From Rickettsiales bacterium (GTDB lineage: Bacteria > Pseudomonadota > Alphaproteobacteria > Rickettsiales > JABIRX01): a stretch of DNA of 53,924 bases. This document shows positions 17,381 through 27,349 of the stretch, in pieces (the first letter of the stretch is position 1; the number at the start of each line of letters is the position of its first letter). Both the position numbers and the translations under genes were made by a program. The stretch is from contig JADHLN010000002.1 in assembly GCA_016780625.1 (NCBI GenBank), forward strand, positions 1 to 53,924, given 5' to 3'. The notes below the pieces were generated by a model. The model made no database searches. It was not told where the DNA came from and saw only the letters and a program-made list of their open reading frames with translations.

Positions 17381-18514
17381 TTAAATGCGCATTGGCATTA
17401 TAACATAAAGGAGAGAAGGATCTGATGCGTCTTTAACAATTGTTGGTGCTGAACTACTAGCAAAATGAAATTCTGCCATTTCTCCATCTATTACTGAGGT
17501 TAGCTCTAATAAATATTTTGAGTTAAAACCAGTTTCAATATTATTTTCATTATATTCTACATTAAGCTCTTCTTGAGCGTATCCAGTTTCTTGATTATCT
17601 GATGAAAGTGTTAATTTATTTTTATTTAAGCTTAATTTTATACCTTTTCCTTTATCTGAAGATATAGTTGATACTCTATCAATAGCAGTAGTTAATGGTT
17701 TTACTTTTGTTTTTAAAATTAAATTATTATTGTTCGGGATCACTCTTGAATAATCAGGAAAATTTCCATCTATTAATTTTGATATTAAGGTAGAATTTTC
17801 ATATTCAATTTTTATTTTTGAGCTAGAAATAAATATATGAGCTTCGCTTTGCTCATTTTCTTCATCAATTATTTTTTTTATTTCTAGGATTGTTTTTCTA
17901 GGAATTATTATATTTGGAATATTTTTTGCTCCTTCAGGAAGATCTACCTCAATTCTGGCTAAACGATGCCCATCAGTTGCAACTGCTCTTAATACATTTT
18001 TACCATTATTTTCTGTGTCATGTAGGTAAATTCCATTTAGGTAATATCTTGTTTCTTCTGTTGAGATAGCAAATTTTGCTTTATCAAGAAGTTTTAATAA
18101 ATCTTTTTTGCTAATTTTAAAGTTACTGGTTGTGTTTTCTGCTTCAATTTCAGGGAAATCACCTGCTTCAATTACTGGTAGGGTAAAATTACAGTTTTTT
18201 GAACTGATTTTTAAGACATTTTGGTCATTTTCTGTGATAGCAAATTCACATAATATCTTAGCATTATCTGGTAGTTTTCTTACAATGTCATGAAATGTAT
18301 GAGCTGGAACTGTAATAACTCCTTCCTTTTGAATATCTGTATTTATTGTTTCTGAAAGTGAAACATCCATATCTGTTGCTGTTAGTGTTATTATATTAGC
18401 TTTTGCTTCTATCTTAACATTTGATAGGATAGGTATAGTATTTCTTCTTTCTACTATTCCTTGTATGTGAGAGAGAGATTTTAATAAAATATTTCTATCA
18501 ATTTCAAATTGCAT
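17381..18514 (-). CDS. dnaN: DNA polymerase III beta sliding clamp
   Basis: Colinear with DnaN (MQFEIDRNILLKSLSHIQGIVERRNTIPILSNV...MPMRI). The ORF-track start at 18523 is a TTG; the ATG at 18514 gives the canonical N-terminus. Confidence 0.9.
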   Translation of the reverse strand: MQFEIDRNILLKSLSHIQGIVERRNTIPILSNVKIEAKANIITLTATDMDVSLSETINTDIQKEGVITVPAHTFHDIVRKLPDNAKILCEFAITENDQNVLKISSKNCNFTLPVIEAGDFPEIEAENTTSNFKISKKDLLKLLDKAKFAISTEETRYYLNGIYLHDTENNGKNVLRAVATDGHRLARIEVDLPEGAKNIPNIIIPRKTILEIKKIIDEENEQSEAHIFISSSKIKIEYENSTLISKLIDGNFPDYSRVIPNNNNLILKTKVKPLTTAIDRVSTISSDKGKGIKLSLNKNKLTLSSDNQETGYAQEELNVEYNENNIETGFNSKYLLELTSVIDGEMAEFHFASSSAPTIVKDASDPSLLYVIMPMRI

Positions 18515-18674
18515 ATATATCAATAAATATTATTGCTTTAATATATTAAGCAAATAATTATAGTCAATTTTAATGCTGAAAAACAAGTAGTTTAACTCTT
18601 TATCTTTATTCTTTTTGTAAAAAAAGCTTGAAGAGCTATGATTATTGTGGATGATTATTAAAAAATTATTGCTT

Positions 18675-20495
18675 ATGTGCGGAATATTTGGTTTTAATTC
18701 CAGTGAAGATATTACATCAGAACTTGTTTTAGGTCTAAAAAAATTAGAATATAGGGGTTATGATTCATCTGGAATTGCTGTTATTAAAAATGATAAATTA
18801 GAATTATGTAAAGCAACAGGTAAGGTTACAGAATTAGAATCCAGACTGTCTAAATTAAATTTATCTGCAAATATTGGTATTGCTCATACAAGATGGGCTA
18901 CACATGGTAAACCTAGTGAAATCAATGCCCATCCACATAAATATGAAAAATTTGCGGTTGTTCATAACGGCATAATTGAAAATTATAGATCTTTAAAGGA
19001 ATTTTTAGAAGGTAAGGGGTATAATTTTATAACTGAAACAGATACTGAAGTTATTCCATATTTACTTGATGATCTTTATAAAAAAAATTCAGATATATTA
19101 TTATCAATAAAGGAACTTGTTAAGATTTTGGAGGGTTCATATGCTATTGCAATTATTCATGTTGATCATCCAGATCATATTTATGCAGCAAAAAAAGGAT
19201 CGCCTCTTTTGGTAGCGAATACTGATAGGGGTAGTATTTTATCAAGTGATGCTTACGCAGTTATAAATGATGCTAAGTCAATTTGTTATCTTGATGATGG
19301 TGATATTGTTATATTATCTAAAGATAATGTTTCTATATATGATGCTAATTTAAAAAATATTTACAGAGAGTTCAAAAATATTAATTTTTCACAAACTGTA
19401 ACAGGTAAGTCGGGATATAGGCATTTTATGCATAAGGAGATTAATGAACAACCTAATGTTATAACTGATATATTAAATAGCTATTGTAATAGGGAAACTA
19501 ATCAAATTTTATTTAGGGATGCTGATATTGATTTTAAAAAATTAGAGAGAGTTACTTTTGTTGCTTGTGGTAGTTCTTATTATGCAGCTTTAATTGCAAA
19601 AACATGGTTTGAAAATATTGCTAACATTAGTTGTAAGGTTGAAATTGCTTCGGAATTTTTATATCAAAAACATTTTCCAGAGAAAAGATTGGTTGTGTTT
19701 ATTTCGCAATCAGGTGAAACAGCAGATAGTTTGCAAGCACTTAAGATGGTTAAGGATGAAGGCTTAAAAACATTATTAATTACTAATGTGAAACATAGCT
19801 CAATGGCTAATTTAGCAGATTATGTAATTGATATTATTGCTGGGCCAGAAATTGGGGTTGCTTCAACTAAAGCATTTACAGCTCAATTATTAATATTATC
19901 ATTGCTTGCAATTGAAGCGGCATTTTCTCAAAATCATATTACGGCAGATGAAAAATTTTCTTTATGTAAGTCACTTAGAAGATTACCCCAATTAATGCAT
20001 AATGTTATAAAAAAAGAGCATAATATTGCAAAAATAGCTTCTAATTTGAAATCTATACCAAATATTATTTATCTTGGCAGAGGTGTTGCTTATGGTCTTG
20101 CATGTGAAGCTGCTTTAAAGTTAAAAGAAATTTCTTATATTCATGCAGAGGCTATTCCTGCTGGGGAATTAAAGCATGGACCAATTGCCCTTATTGATGA
20201 AAATTTATTTATTGTTGCTTTAGTGCCAAATGATAAATTAATTGATAAAACAATTCATAATTTAGAAGAGGTTAAGGCAAGAGGTGGCAAAATTATCATT
20301 ATCACTAATGAAGAGGTAGTTGAAAAATTTACCCATATTGCAGAGCATATAGTTCCTGTTAGTGATTCAGATAGTTTTATTGCCCCGATTTTATATTGTT
20401 TGCCAGCTCATTTGCTTGCTTATCATGTTGCTGTATGTAAAGGAACTGATGTAGATCAACCAAGAAATTTAGCTAAATCAGTAACAGTGGAGTGA
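18675..20495 (+). CDS. glmS: glutamine--fructose-6-phosphate aminotransferase
   Basis: MCGIFG N-terminus (the Ntn-amidotransferase Cys must be residue 2), two SIS domains, and C-terminal NLAKSVTVE. The ORF-track start (TTG at 18645) adds 10 non-conserved residues and was trimmed. Confidence 0.95.
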   Translation: MCGIFGFNSSEDITSELVLGLKKLEYRGYDSSGIAVIKNDKLELCKATGKVTELESRLSKLNLSANIGIAHTRWATHGKPSEINAHPHKYEKFAVVHNGIIENYRSLKEFLEGKGYNFITETDTEVIPYLLDDLYKKNSDILLSIKELVKILEGSYAIAIIHVDHPDHIYAAKKGSPLLVANTDRGSILSSDAYAVINDAKSICYLDDGDIVILSKDNVSIYDANLKNIYREFKNINFSQTVTGKSGYRHFMHKEINEQPNVITDILNSYCNRETNQILFRDADIDFKKLERVTFVACGSSYYAALIAKTWFENIANISCKVEIASEFLYQKHFPEKRLVVFISQSGETADSLQALKMVKDEGLKTLLITNVKHSSMANLADYVIDIIAGPEIGVASTKAFTAQLLILSLLAIEAAFSQNHITADEKFSLCKSLRRLPQLMHNVIKKEHNIAKIASNLKSIPNIIYLGRGVAYGLACEAALKLKEISYIHAEAIPAGELKHGPIALIDENLFIVALVPNDKLIDKTIHNLEEVKARGGKIIIITNEEVVEKFTHIAEHIVPVSDSDSFIAPILYCLPAHLLAYHVAVCKGTDVDQPRNLAKSVTVE

Positions 20496-20981
20496 TTAAT
20501 ATTTATTTTTTAGTTCCGTTAATATTGCATTTGGAACTAAATCTGAGATATCGCCATGGAAGCTTGCTATTTGTTTTACAAATCTTGAAGAAATAAAATG
20601 TGCATTTTCTGAAGCTGGTAGAAAGATAGTTTGAATATTAGGAGATAACTTAGAATTCATACATGACATTTGAAACTCATATTCAAAATCTGAAACTGCC
20701 CTTAAGCCTCTAATTAAAATCTTAATGTTTCTTTCTTTAGCTAAATCAACTAATAAGCCATTAAAATCTATTACTTCAATATTTGCTAATTCAGGATTGC
20801 TAGCTAGAGTTTTTTTTATAAGATCTACTCTTTCAGTTGCTGTAAATAATGGGTTTTTATTTTGGTTGTTAGCAACTGCAATTGTTAAATTAGGAAAAAT
20901 TAATTTCGCTCTTTTTATTATGTCTAAATGCCCATTTGTTATGGGATCAAATGTTCCTGCGTATAATGCTTTTTCTGTCAT
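20496..20981 (-). CDS. coaD: phosphopantetheine adenylyltransferase
   Basis: 161 aa. GTFDPITNGHLDII nucleotidyltransferase motif, colinear with CoaD. Confidence 0.9.
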   Translation of the reverse strand: MTEKALYAGTFDPITNGHLDIIKRAKLIFPNLTIAVANNQNKNPLFTATERVDLIKKTLASNPELANIEVIDFNGLLVDLAKERNIKILIRGLRAVSDFEYEFQMSCMNSKLSPNIQTIFLPASENAHFISSRFVKQIASFHGDISDLVPNAILTELKNKY

Positions 20982-21040
20982 TTTTAAATTCTATATATTT
21001 TTTAAAAATATCATTTTCTAATTAATTAAGCAATAATTGC

Positions 21041-21811
21041 TTAAAAATTATCTTTTAATTCCCTAATTTTTCTAAATATTTCTATATTATAGGAATCTGA
21101 ATTTTTGCCAATGTTAGACCTTAATTCTTTGCTCAATGTTCTTAAAAAAGGATTGGTATTTAGTTCGTCTGCTAATTTTGTTGGTAAAGTAGGGGTGTTT
21201 TTTGTTAAGAGTTTTTTGCAGATGGAATATTTTTCTTGTAGTTTTTGATTATTTGGCTCTAGAGTTAAGGCAAATTCTATATTTTTTTTAGTATATTCAT
21301 GGCTAGCATAAATTTGGGTATCAGGTGGTAAGTTTTTTATTTTTTCTAAGGAACTAAACATTTCTTCATATGTTCCTTCAAATATTCTACCACAACCTGA
21401 TGAAAATAGTACGTCACCGCTAAAAATTACATTATTTTTTGCTGAATAATAGGCAATATGATTATTAGTATGGCCAGGTAAATGAATTATTTGAAACAGA
21501 ATAGCGCCAATTAATATGATCTCGTTTTCATTAACTGTAATGTCAATATTAGGGATTTTGTTTTCATGCTTATAAGCAATGATTTTGCAATTATATTTTG
21601 CTTTAATTTCATTATTGCCATTAATATGGTCGTAATGATGATGGGTGTTTAATATATATTTAATATTTAAGGAGTTTTTCTTGGCAAACTCTATTACTTC
21701 TTTGCTTGAGCCGGGGTCAATAACTGCAGAAATATTAGTTTTGTTGCAAGTTATTATGTAAATGTAATTATCGTTTAATGCTTTAATAATGTTAATTATA
21801 ATGTCAGTCAT
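21041..21811 (-). CDS. gloB: hydroxyacylglutathione hydrolase (glyoxalase II), metallo-beta-lactamase fold
   Basis: 256 aa. THHHYDH metal-binding motif, HLPGHT, and a C-terminal NPFLR region typical of GloB. Confidence 0.85.
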   Translation of the reverse strand: MTDIIINIIKALNDNYIYIITCNKTNISAVIDPGSSKEVIEFAKKNSLNIKYILNTHHHYDHINGNNEIKAKYNCKIIAYKHENKIPNIDITVNENEIILIGAILFQIIHLPGHTNNHIAYYSAKNNVIFSGDVLFSSGCGRIFEGTYEEMFSSLEKIKNLPPDTQIYASHEYTKKNIEFALTLEPNNQKLQEKYSICKKLLTKNTPTLPTKLADELNTNPFLRTLSKELRSNIGKNSDSYNIEIFRKIRELKDNF

Positions 21812-21820
21812 ATTTGGAGT

Positions 21821-23191
21821 TTATGAGATGATTTCTAGTAATTTAGTAATATGATCTATTTCTATTAATTTTAATTTTGTTTTAATTTTATTTTTATTTC
21901 TTTGTTTGGGAATTATTGCAATTTTAAAGCCTAGTTTTTCAGCTTCATCAAGCCTTTGTTGTGTTTTTCCGCTATTTCTTACTTCGCCAGATAATCCTAT
22001 TTCTCCAAAAATAACGCTATATTCTGGTAATGGCTTTTTCTTCAAGGCTGATATTAGGCTTGCAGCTGCTGCCAGATCTGCGGATGGTTCAGATATTTTT
22101 AATCCTCCGATTACGTTAAAATAAACCTCTAATTGATTGAAATTTAGGTTACATTTACTAGCGAGAACAGCTAATATTATGGCTAGTCTATTTTGATCCC
22201 AACCATTAACCGCTCTTCTGGGGCTTGCCATATATGATGGTGAAATTAAGGATTGTAATTCAATCAGAATAGTTCTTGATCCTTCATTTAAAGCAAAGAT
22301 GCAGCATGCAGGTTCGTTTGCATTATATTCTTCTAAGAATATTTCTGAGGGGTTAGTGATTTCTTTTAGTCCTTTTTCCTCCATTTCAAATATTGCTAAT
22401 TCATTAGTAGCACCATAACGATTCTTATGGGAGCGTAATATTCTTAAATTATTTGATTTATCACCTTCAAAATATAAAACTACATCTACCATATGTTCTA
22501 TTAATTTGGGGCCTGCTAATTGACCCTCTTTAGTAACATGACCTATTAAAATTAAGGTGATATTATTTTTTTTAGCAAGAGATGTAAATTCAAGAACTGA
22601 GTTTCTTACTTGAGTTACGCTGCCTGGAACTGCTCCTAAATCTTCTATATAGCTTGTTTGGATAGAATCTATAATTACTAATTTTGGTTTTATTTCTGCA
22701 TTTTTAATATAATTTGCGATGCTGATAACATTATTTTCTGTAGATACTAATATATTTGGGTTGTTTGTATCTAGTCTTTTAGCGCGAAGATTTATTTGTT
22801 CGTCTGATTCTTCGCCTGAAATATATAAGCAAGGTTCTGTATCGCTAGCTATTTGGTTTAATATTTGTAATATAAGTGTGGATTTTCCAACTCCAGGGTC
22901 ACCTCCTATTAGTATAACAGAGCCATTTACTATTCCTCCTCCAAATGTTTGGTCTAGCTCTTCATAATTTGTTTTGATTCTTTGATAGTTTTTTACTTTT
23001 TCTCCTATTTTTTCAACTGATATTAGGTTGGAGTTATTTTGAATTTTTTTATTATGAAAATTAGCAATCTCTATATTGCTGTCTAATTGTTTTATGCAAT
23101 CCCAACTTTGACAATCAGGGCACTGGCCATGCCATTTATTAAAGTGACTGTTGCAATTGCTACAAAAAAATTGTAATTTTAATTTTGACAT
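21821..23191 (-). CDS. radA: DNA repair protein RadA
   Basis: 456 aa. C4 zinc finger (CSNC...CPDC), Walker A GDPGVGKST, a KNRYG motif and a Lon-protease-like C-terminal domain. Confidence 0.95.
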   Translation of the reverse strand: MSKLKLQFFCSNCNSHFNKWHGQCPDCQSWDCIKQLDSNIEIANFHNKKIQNNSNLISVEKIGEKVKNYQRIKTNYEELDQTFGGGIVNGSVILIGGDPGVGKSTLILQILNQIASDTEPCLYISGEESDEQINLRAKRLDTNNPNILVSTENNVISIANYIKNAEIKPKLVIIDSIQTSYIEDLGAVPGSVTQVRNSVLEFTSLAKKNNITLILIGHVTKEGQLAGPKLIEHMVDVVLYFEGDKSNNLRILRSHKNRYGATNELAIFEMEEKGLKEITNPSEIFLEEYNANEPACCIFALNEGSRTILIELQSLISPSYMASPRRAVNGWDQNRLAIILAVLASKCNLNFNQLEVYFNVIGGLKISEPSADLAAAASLISALKKKPLPEYSVIFGEIGLSGEVRNSGKTQQRLDEAEKLGFKIAIIPKQRNKNKIKTKLKLIEIDHITKLLEIIS

Positions 23192-23245
23192 AAATTTTTC
23201 TTTAATTATGTTTTAAAACTCTGAACCTTAAATTTTTTTTTAAAT

Positions 23246-24004
23246 ATGTCATTAAAATTTTCCAATAAAAAACCTCTTTTATCAGATCAAATATTAAGAG
23301 TCGTTTTTGTTAGTGTATTTATATCTGTTGTAATTAACTTTGTAATTAATAAATATTACTTTGCTGCTAATTCTACTGATGTTGCTAGCTATATTGAAGA
23401 AAATCCAATGCATATCGTTGAATCTATTAATAAACATTACGCAGACCAGCAAAGATCAAAAACAGAGGATAGGGGTAAAAACCTTAGAGATAATATGGAT
23501 AAGGTTATGAATTACCCTAAAGATCCTGTTGCTGGAAACAAAGATTCAAAAAGGATAGTTGTAGAGTTTTTTGATTATAATTGTGGTTATTGTAAAAAAG
23601 CTTTTAATGAATCAATAGCTAAATTATTAGTTGAGGATAAGGATGTTAAAGTGATTTTTAAAGAAATGCCTATACTTGGTAAGTTATCCGAAATTAAATC
23701 AAGGCTATCTATTGCTGCAAATTTAATTGATAATTCAAAATATCTTGGAGTTCACAGTAAGTTAATGCAAGCACCTCCATCTCTAAATACAATAGATTTA
23801 TTGGCAGAGAATTTAACTAGCTTGGGCTTTAAAAAAGATAAATTAATTAAAAAGGCGCAATCTGATGAAGTTTCGGATGTTATTGAATATAATAGATCTC
23901 TTGGAATTGATCTTGGGGTTAATGGAACTCCTGCATTTATTGTTGGAGAAGAATTTATAGATGGTTTTGTTTCAGCTGAAGTATTAAAAGGTAAATTAAA
24001 ATAA
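23246..24004 (+). CDS. DsbA-family thiol:disulfide oxidoreductase (paralog 1)
   Basis: 252 aa. N-terminal TM/signal, thioredoxin fold with CGYC, and a GVNGTPAFIV cis-Pro loop. Confidence 0.75.
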   Translation: MSLKFSNKKPLLSDQILRVVFVSVFISVVINFVINKYYFAANSTDVASYIEENPMHIVESINKHYADQQRSKTEDRGKNLRDNMDKVMNYPKDPVAGNKDSKRIVVEFFDYNCGYCKKAFNESIAKLLVEDKDVKVIFKEMPILGKLSEIKSRLSIAANLIDNSKYLGVHSKLMQAPPSLNTIDLLAENLTSLGFKKDKLIKKAQSDEVSDVIEYNRSLGIDLGVNGTPAFIVGEEFIDGFVSAEVLKGKLK

Positions 24005-24005
24005 A

Positions 24006-24716
24006 ATGAAAATTAATAAATATATTGTAATAGCTTCTATATTTCTTGTTATTTCAATAATAACATTCTTCACTTTAAGAACTAGTAATAACTATGTTAA
24101 AACGGAGGCTGCATCAAATGCAAAAAATGCTGTTAATGAATTAAGTGAAAATCAGGTTAAATCACTAAAAACAAAAATTGCTCAATTAAAAGAAAGTGAT
24201 ATTATTTCAGGAGAAGAAGATGCAAAAGTCACTATAATTGAATATGCTTCTTATAGCTGTTTCCATTGTGGAGATTTTTTTAAAAATATCTATCCTAAAA
24301 TTGCTGAGAAATATATTTCAACTGGTAAAGTTAGATTTATATTTCGTGATTTTCCTCTAGATACACCATCACTAAAAGCTTCCCAGATTGTAAGATGCTT
24401 ACCTAAAGATGGTAAAAAGAATTTTATGAAAATATTATTAGAGAGCCAAAAATCTTGGGCCTTTACTAAGGATTTTGATAAAAATCTTGAAAATCTTTCT
24501 AGGGTTGCTGGTTTAACTACCTCAAAATATAACCAATGCTATAATGATGCTAAATTAGAAGAAGAGATATTACAGGAGAGAATTGATGTTTTTAATGCCT
24601 ATAAAATATCATCTACACCATCATTTATAATAAATGGTAAGAGATATGAGGGGGGTAATAATTGGTACAATATATCAGAATATATAGATAATTTATTACA
24701 GGAAGGTAATGAGTAA
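24006..24716 (+). CDS. DsbA-family thiol:disulfide oxidoreductase (paralog 2)
   Basis: 236 aa. TM/signal, CFHC active site and an ISSTPSFIING cis-Pro loop. The stop overlaps the tolQ start by 8 nt. Confidence 0.75.
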   Translation: MKINKYIVIASIFLVISIITFFTLRTSNNYVKTEAASNAKNAVNELSENQVKSLKTKIAQLKESDIISGEEDAKVTIIEYASYSCFHCGDFFKNIYPKIAEKYISTGKVRFIFRDFPLDTPSLKASQIVRCLPKDGKKNFMKILLESQKSWAFTKDFDKNLENLSRVAGLTTSKYNQCYNDAKLEEEILQERIDVFNAYKISSTPSFIINGKRYEGGNNWYNISEYIDNLLQEGNE

Positions 24717-25401
24717 TCTTTATTCAAATAATTTTGCAATTTCTACATTTATTAGTGAAGCTGATTTAGTTGTAAAGCTTGTAATTATAATTCTCTTTTT
24801 GGCCTCTTTTTGTTCCTGGTCAATTATTTTTGATAAATTTATTAAGTTCAAAATTTTAAGTAAAAGGGCGAAGAAATTTAATGCTGAATATTGGTCTGGT
24901 GTTGAATTAATGCCTTTTTATGAAAGGTTAAAAGATAGTGATAATCATCCATTTTCACATTTGTTGATAACTGCTATTAATGAATGGCAACTTCATGATG
25001 AAAAAGATTTAAAAGATAATTATAAAAAAGAACGTTTAAAAGAAAGGATTTTTCAATCAATGATGATAGCTAGAAATAGAGCTGTAAATAGATTAGAGAA
25101 AAATATTAATTTTCTGGCAATTATTTCATCTGCCTCTCCTTTTATAGGTTTGTTTGGTACGGTTTGGGGTATTATGAATTCTTTTGTTGCAATTGTTGAT
25201 GCGAAAAATGTTAGCCTAGCTGTTGTTGCTCCAGGTATAGCAGAAGCTTTATTTGCAACTGCAATAGGATTATTTGCTGCAATACCTGCTTTGATATTTT
25301 ATAATATTTATGTGAATCATTTAGACTTATATAATGCAAAATTAGAAGATTTTTCAACTGAAATGTTGAATTTACTATCCCGCCAAATGGATAAAAAATA
25401 A
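24709..25401 (+). CDS. tolQ: Tol-Pal system protein TolQ (MotA/TolQ/ExbB channel)
   Basis: 230 aa, three TM segments. SASPFIGLFGTVWGIM and APGIAEALFATAIGL motifs. Confidence 0.9.
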   Translation: MSNLYSNNFAISTFISEADLVVKLVIIILFLASFCSWSIIFDKFIKFKILSKRAKKFNAEYWSGVELMPFYERLKDSDNHPFSHLLITAINEWQLHDEKDLKDNYKKERLKERIFQSMMIARNRAVNRLEKNINFLAIISSASPFIGLFGTVWGIMNSFVAIVDAKNVSLAVVAPGIAEALFATAIGLFAAIPALIFYNIYVNHLDLYNAKLEDFSTEMLNLLSRQMDKK

Positions 25402-25832
25402 TGATTCATAAGGTTAATTATTCATCTATCTCAGATAGGAGGGCTAGAAGAAGAGTAAATGCTCATATCAATGTAACACCTTTTATTGATGTTGTTTTAG
25501 TTCTTTTGATCGTTTTTATGATTTCTGCGCCTCTAATGGTAAGTGGAGTAAATGTAAGCTTGCCTTCAAATAACTCTGCAAAAGCTATTACTTCTGAAAC
25601 ACCTTTTACTCTTACTGTTCAGAGTTCTGGTAAAATTTTTTTTGAGGATAAGAATATTAAGTTTTCTGAAGTGAAAAATTTCATTAAAGAAAATGTTTTA
25701 AGTGTAAATAATAGGATTTATATTAGAGGTGATAAAGATGTTTCTTACGGTGATATAATGAAAATTATAGCCGAAATCAACTCAATAGGTTATAATAAGG
25801 TATCGTTAGTAACAGAATCTGATATAAACTAA
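25401..25832 (+). CDS. tolR: Tol-Pal system protein TolR (ExbD/TolR family)
   Basis: 143 aa. INVTPFIDVVLVLLIVFM TM segment containing the conserved Asp. TAATG junction with tolQ. Confidence 0.85.
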   Translation: MIHKVNYSSISDRRARRRVNAHINVTPFIDVVLVLLIVFMISAPLMVSGVNVSLPSNNSAKAITSETPFTLTVQSSGKIFFEDKNIKFSEVKNFIKENVLSVNNRIYIRGDKDVSYGDIMKIIAEINSIGYNKVSLVTESDIN

Positions 25833-25838
25833 TAGTTA

Positions 25839-26657
25839 ATGTACCGAAGTCTTTTATTTTCACTATTATTTCACTTTCTTATTATATTATTTATATTTGT
25901 TATATTACCGAAATTTTTTTCTAAGAAGAAAAATGTTGAAATTGCTGTTGATATTATATCTGTGGAGCAGGTTAAGCCAATATTAAAGCCTAAAGATATT
26001 GTAATTGATAAAAATAGTAGAGCAGATAAGGATGCAATATTACCAGATAATAAAATTAGAAAAGAGTCAATTCCAGAACCTTTTTCGGTTCCTGAAAAGA
26101 AAGTTAAAAAAGATCTTAATAAGAAGGAGCTTAAGAAATCTAAAAAGAAAATAATTAAACCTGATCCTAAAATAGTTGCTGAAGGTGATAAGGATTTAAT
26201 TGATAATTTAGATGTTAAAGATTTTGATGATGATACAAAAGATATTGGCGAGATTCTAAAGGAGGTGAAGCGTATTCAGGGAGAGGAAAAAGAAAGAATT
26301 AATAGAGAAAGATTTATTTATGGCGATAATCTTACTGCAATTGAAGAGTCTAATATAAGAAAGCAGGTTAATTATTGTTGGAGTAATATAATTAATAAAA
26401 TTTTTCTTAAGGAAGATGTTACTGGTATAGAAGTAAAAGTTAAGGTGTCATTTGATAGTGATGGTTTTGTTAAAAAAGTGGATTTTAGCGATGATATACA
26501 TGAATATATGGATATAGATAATGATATTTATAGACGAATAGTTGATAGTGTAAGAAGTACTTTTTTGCGTTGTAAGAAAATTTCTGGCATGCCAAAGTCA
26601 AAATATAAAAATTGGAAAGAATTAGAGTTTATATTTAAACCTGAGCCAATAAATTAG
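25839..26657 (+). CDS. tolA: TolA-like protein (TM anchor, K/E-rich linker, TonB/TolA C-terminal domain)
   Basis: 272 aa. The call rests on architecture and on its position after tolQR; sequence conservation is weak by eye. Confidence 0.6.
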   Translation: MYRSLLFSLLFHFLIILFIFVILPKFFSKKKNVEIAVDIISVEQVKPILKPKDIVIDKNSRADKDAILPDNKIRKESIPEPFSVPEKKVKKDLNKKELKKSKKKIIKPDPKIVAEGDKDLIDNLDVKDFDDDTKDIGEILKEVKRIQGEEKERINRERFIYGDNLTAIEESNIRKQVNYCWSNIINKIFLKEDVTGIEVKVKVSFDSDGFVKKVDFSDDIHEYMDIDNDIYRRIVDSVRSTFLRCKKISGMPKSKYKNWKELEFIFKPEPIN

Positions 26658-26728
26658 AGAATCATCTATAATTATTGCAAAATTAAATAATTTTGTAATA
26701 ATTATTTTTAAAATTTAAGGTAAGCACA

Positions 26729-27346
26729 ATAACTATTTATATTCACCAAAATGATATTCCCGATGATTTAGTTTTTTCTGGTAAAGAAATAGCTATCGAT
26801 ACAGAAACTATGGGTCTAAATATTAAAAGAGATAATTTATGTTTAGTACAAATATCAGAAGGTGATGGCAATGCCCATTTAGTTAAGTTTGATATTAATA
26901 AGGGTTATGACGCACCTAATTTAAAGAAATTATTATCTAATGATAAAATTTTAAAAATTTTTCATTTTGCTCGTTTTGATGTTGCTGTTATTAGATATTA
27001 CTTGAATGTTTATATGAATAATATTTTTTGTACAAAAATTGCTTCAAGATTATCTCGTACTTATACAGATTTTCATGGTTTAAAAGATTTATGTTCAGAA
27101 TTGCTAGGTGTATCAATATCAAAAGCACAACAAAGTTCAAATTGGGGAGCTCAAGAGCTTTCAAATGCTCAAAAGAAATATGCTGCTCAGGATGTTTTAT
27201 ATCTTCATGAATTAAAAGATAAGTTAACAGAAATGCTTAAAAATAATGATAGATTAACTCTTGCAAATGAGTGTTTTAATTTTATGAATATTAGAGTTGA
27301 TCTTGATTTAAATGGTTGGTCATCTTTGGATATATTTAAACATTAG
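26729..27346 (+). CDS. 3'-5' exonuclease, small RNase D-like DEDD family; start codon probably non-canonical (ATA)
   Basis: The ExoI motif IAIDTETMGL begins upstream of the first ATG (26810, the ORF-track start). The frame is open back to 26702 but contains no ATG, GTG or TTG. An ATA at 26729 is preceded by AAGG 8 nt upstream and gives (M/I)TIYIHQNDIPDD, like the MTI.LH.GDLP N-termini I recall for alphaproteobacterial homologs. A later Y..DV motif is present. Confidence 0.7.
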   Translation: MTIYIHQNDIPDDLVFSGKEIAIDTETMGLNIKRDNLCLVQISEGDGNAHLVKFDINKGYDAPNLKKLLSNDKILKIFHFARFDVAVIRYYLNVYMNNIFCTKIASRLSRTYTDFHGLKDLCSELLGVSISKAQQSSNWGAQELSNAQKKYAAQDVLYLHELKDKLTEMLKNNDRLTLANECFNFMNIRVDLDLNGWSSLDIFKH

Positions 27347-27349
27347 GAA

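Noticed and set aside
18646-18654. DnaA-box-like 9-mer (reverse complement TCATCCACA, 8/9 match to TTATCCACA) in the dnaN-glmS divergent region, which raised the possibility of an origin or DnaA regulation of dnaN.
   Set aside because: It is a single imperfect box. A one-mismatch 9-mer is expected by chance several times in about 108 kb of two-strand sequence. I noticed no cluster of boxes, dnaA is not adjacent, and alphaproteobacterial origins are usually not next to dnaN.
18524-18674. Possible glmS ribozyme or riboswitch in the glmS leader.
   Set aside because: The available leader is short and almost pure A/T, with no conserved structured core visible. The glmS ribozyme is characteristic of Gram-positive lineages, not alphaproteobacteria.
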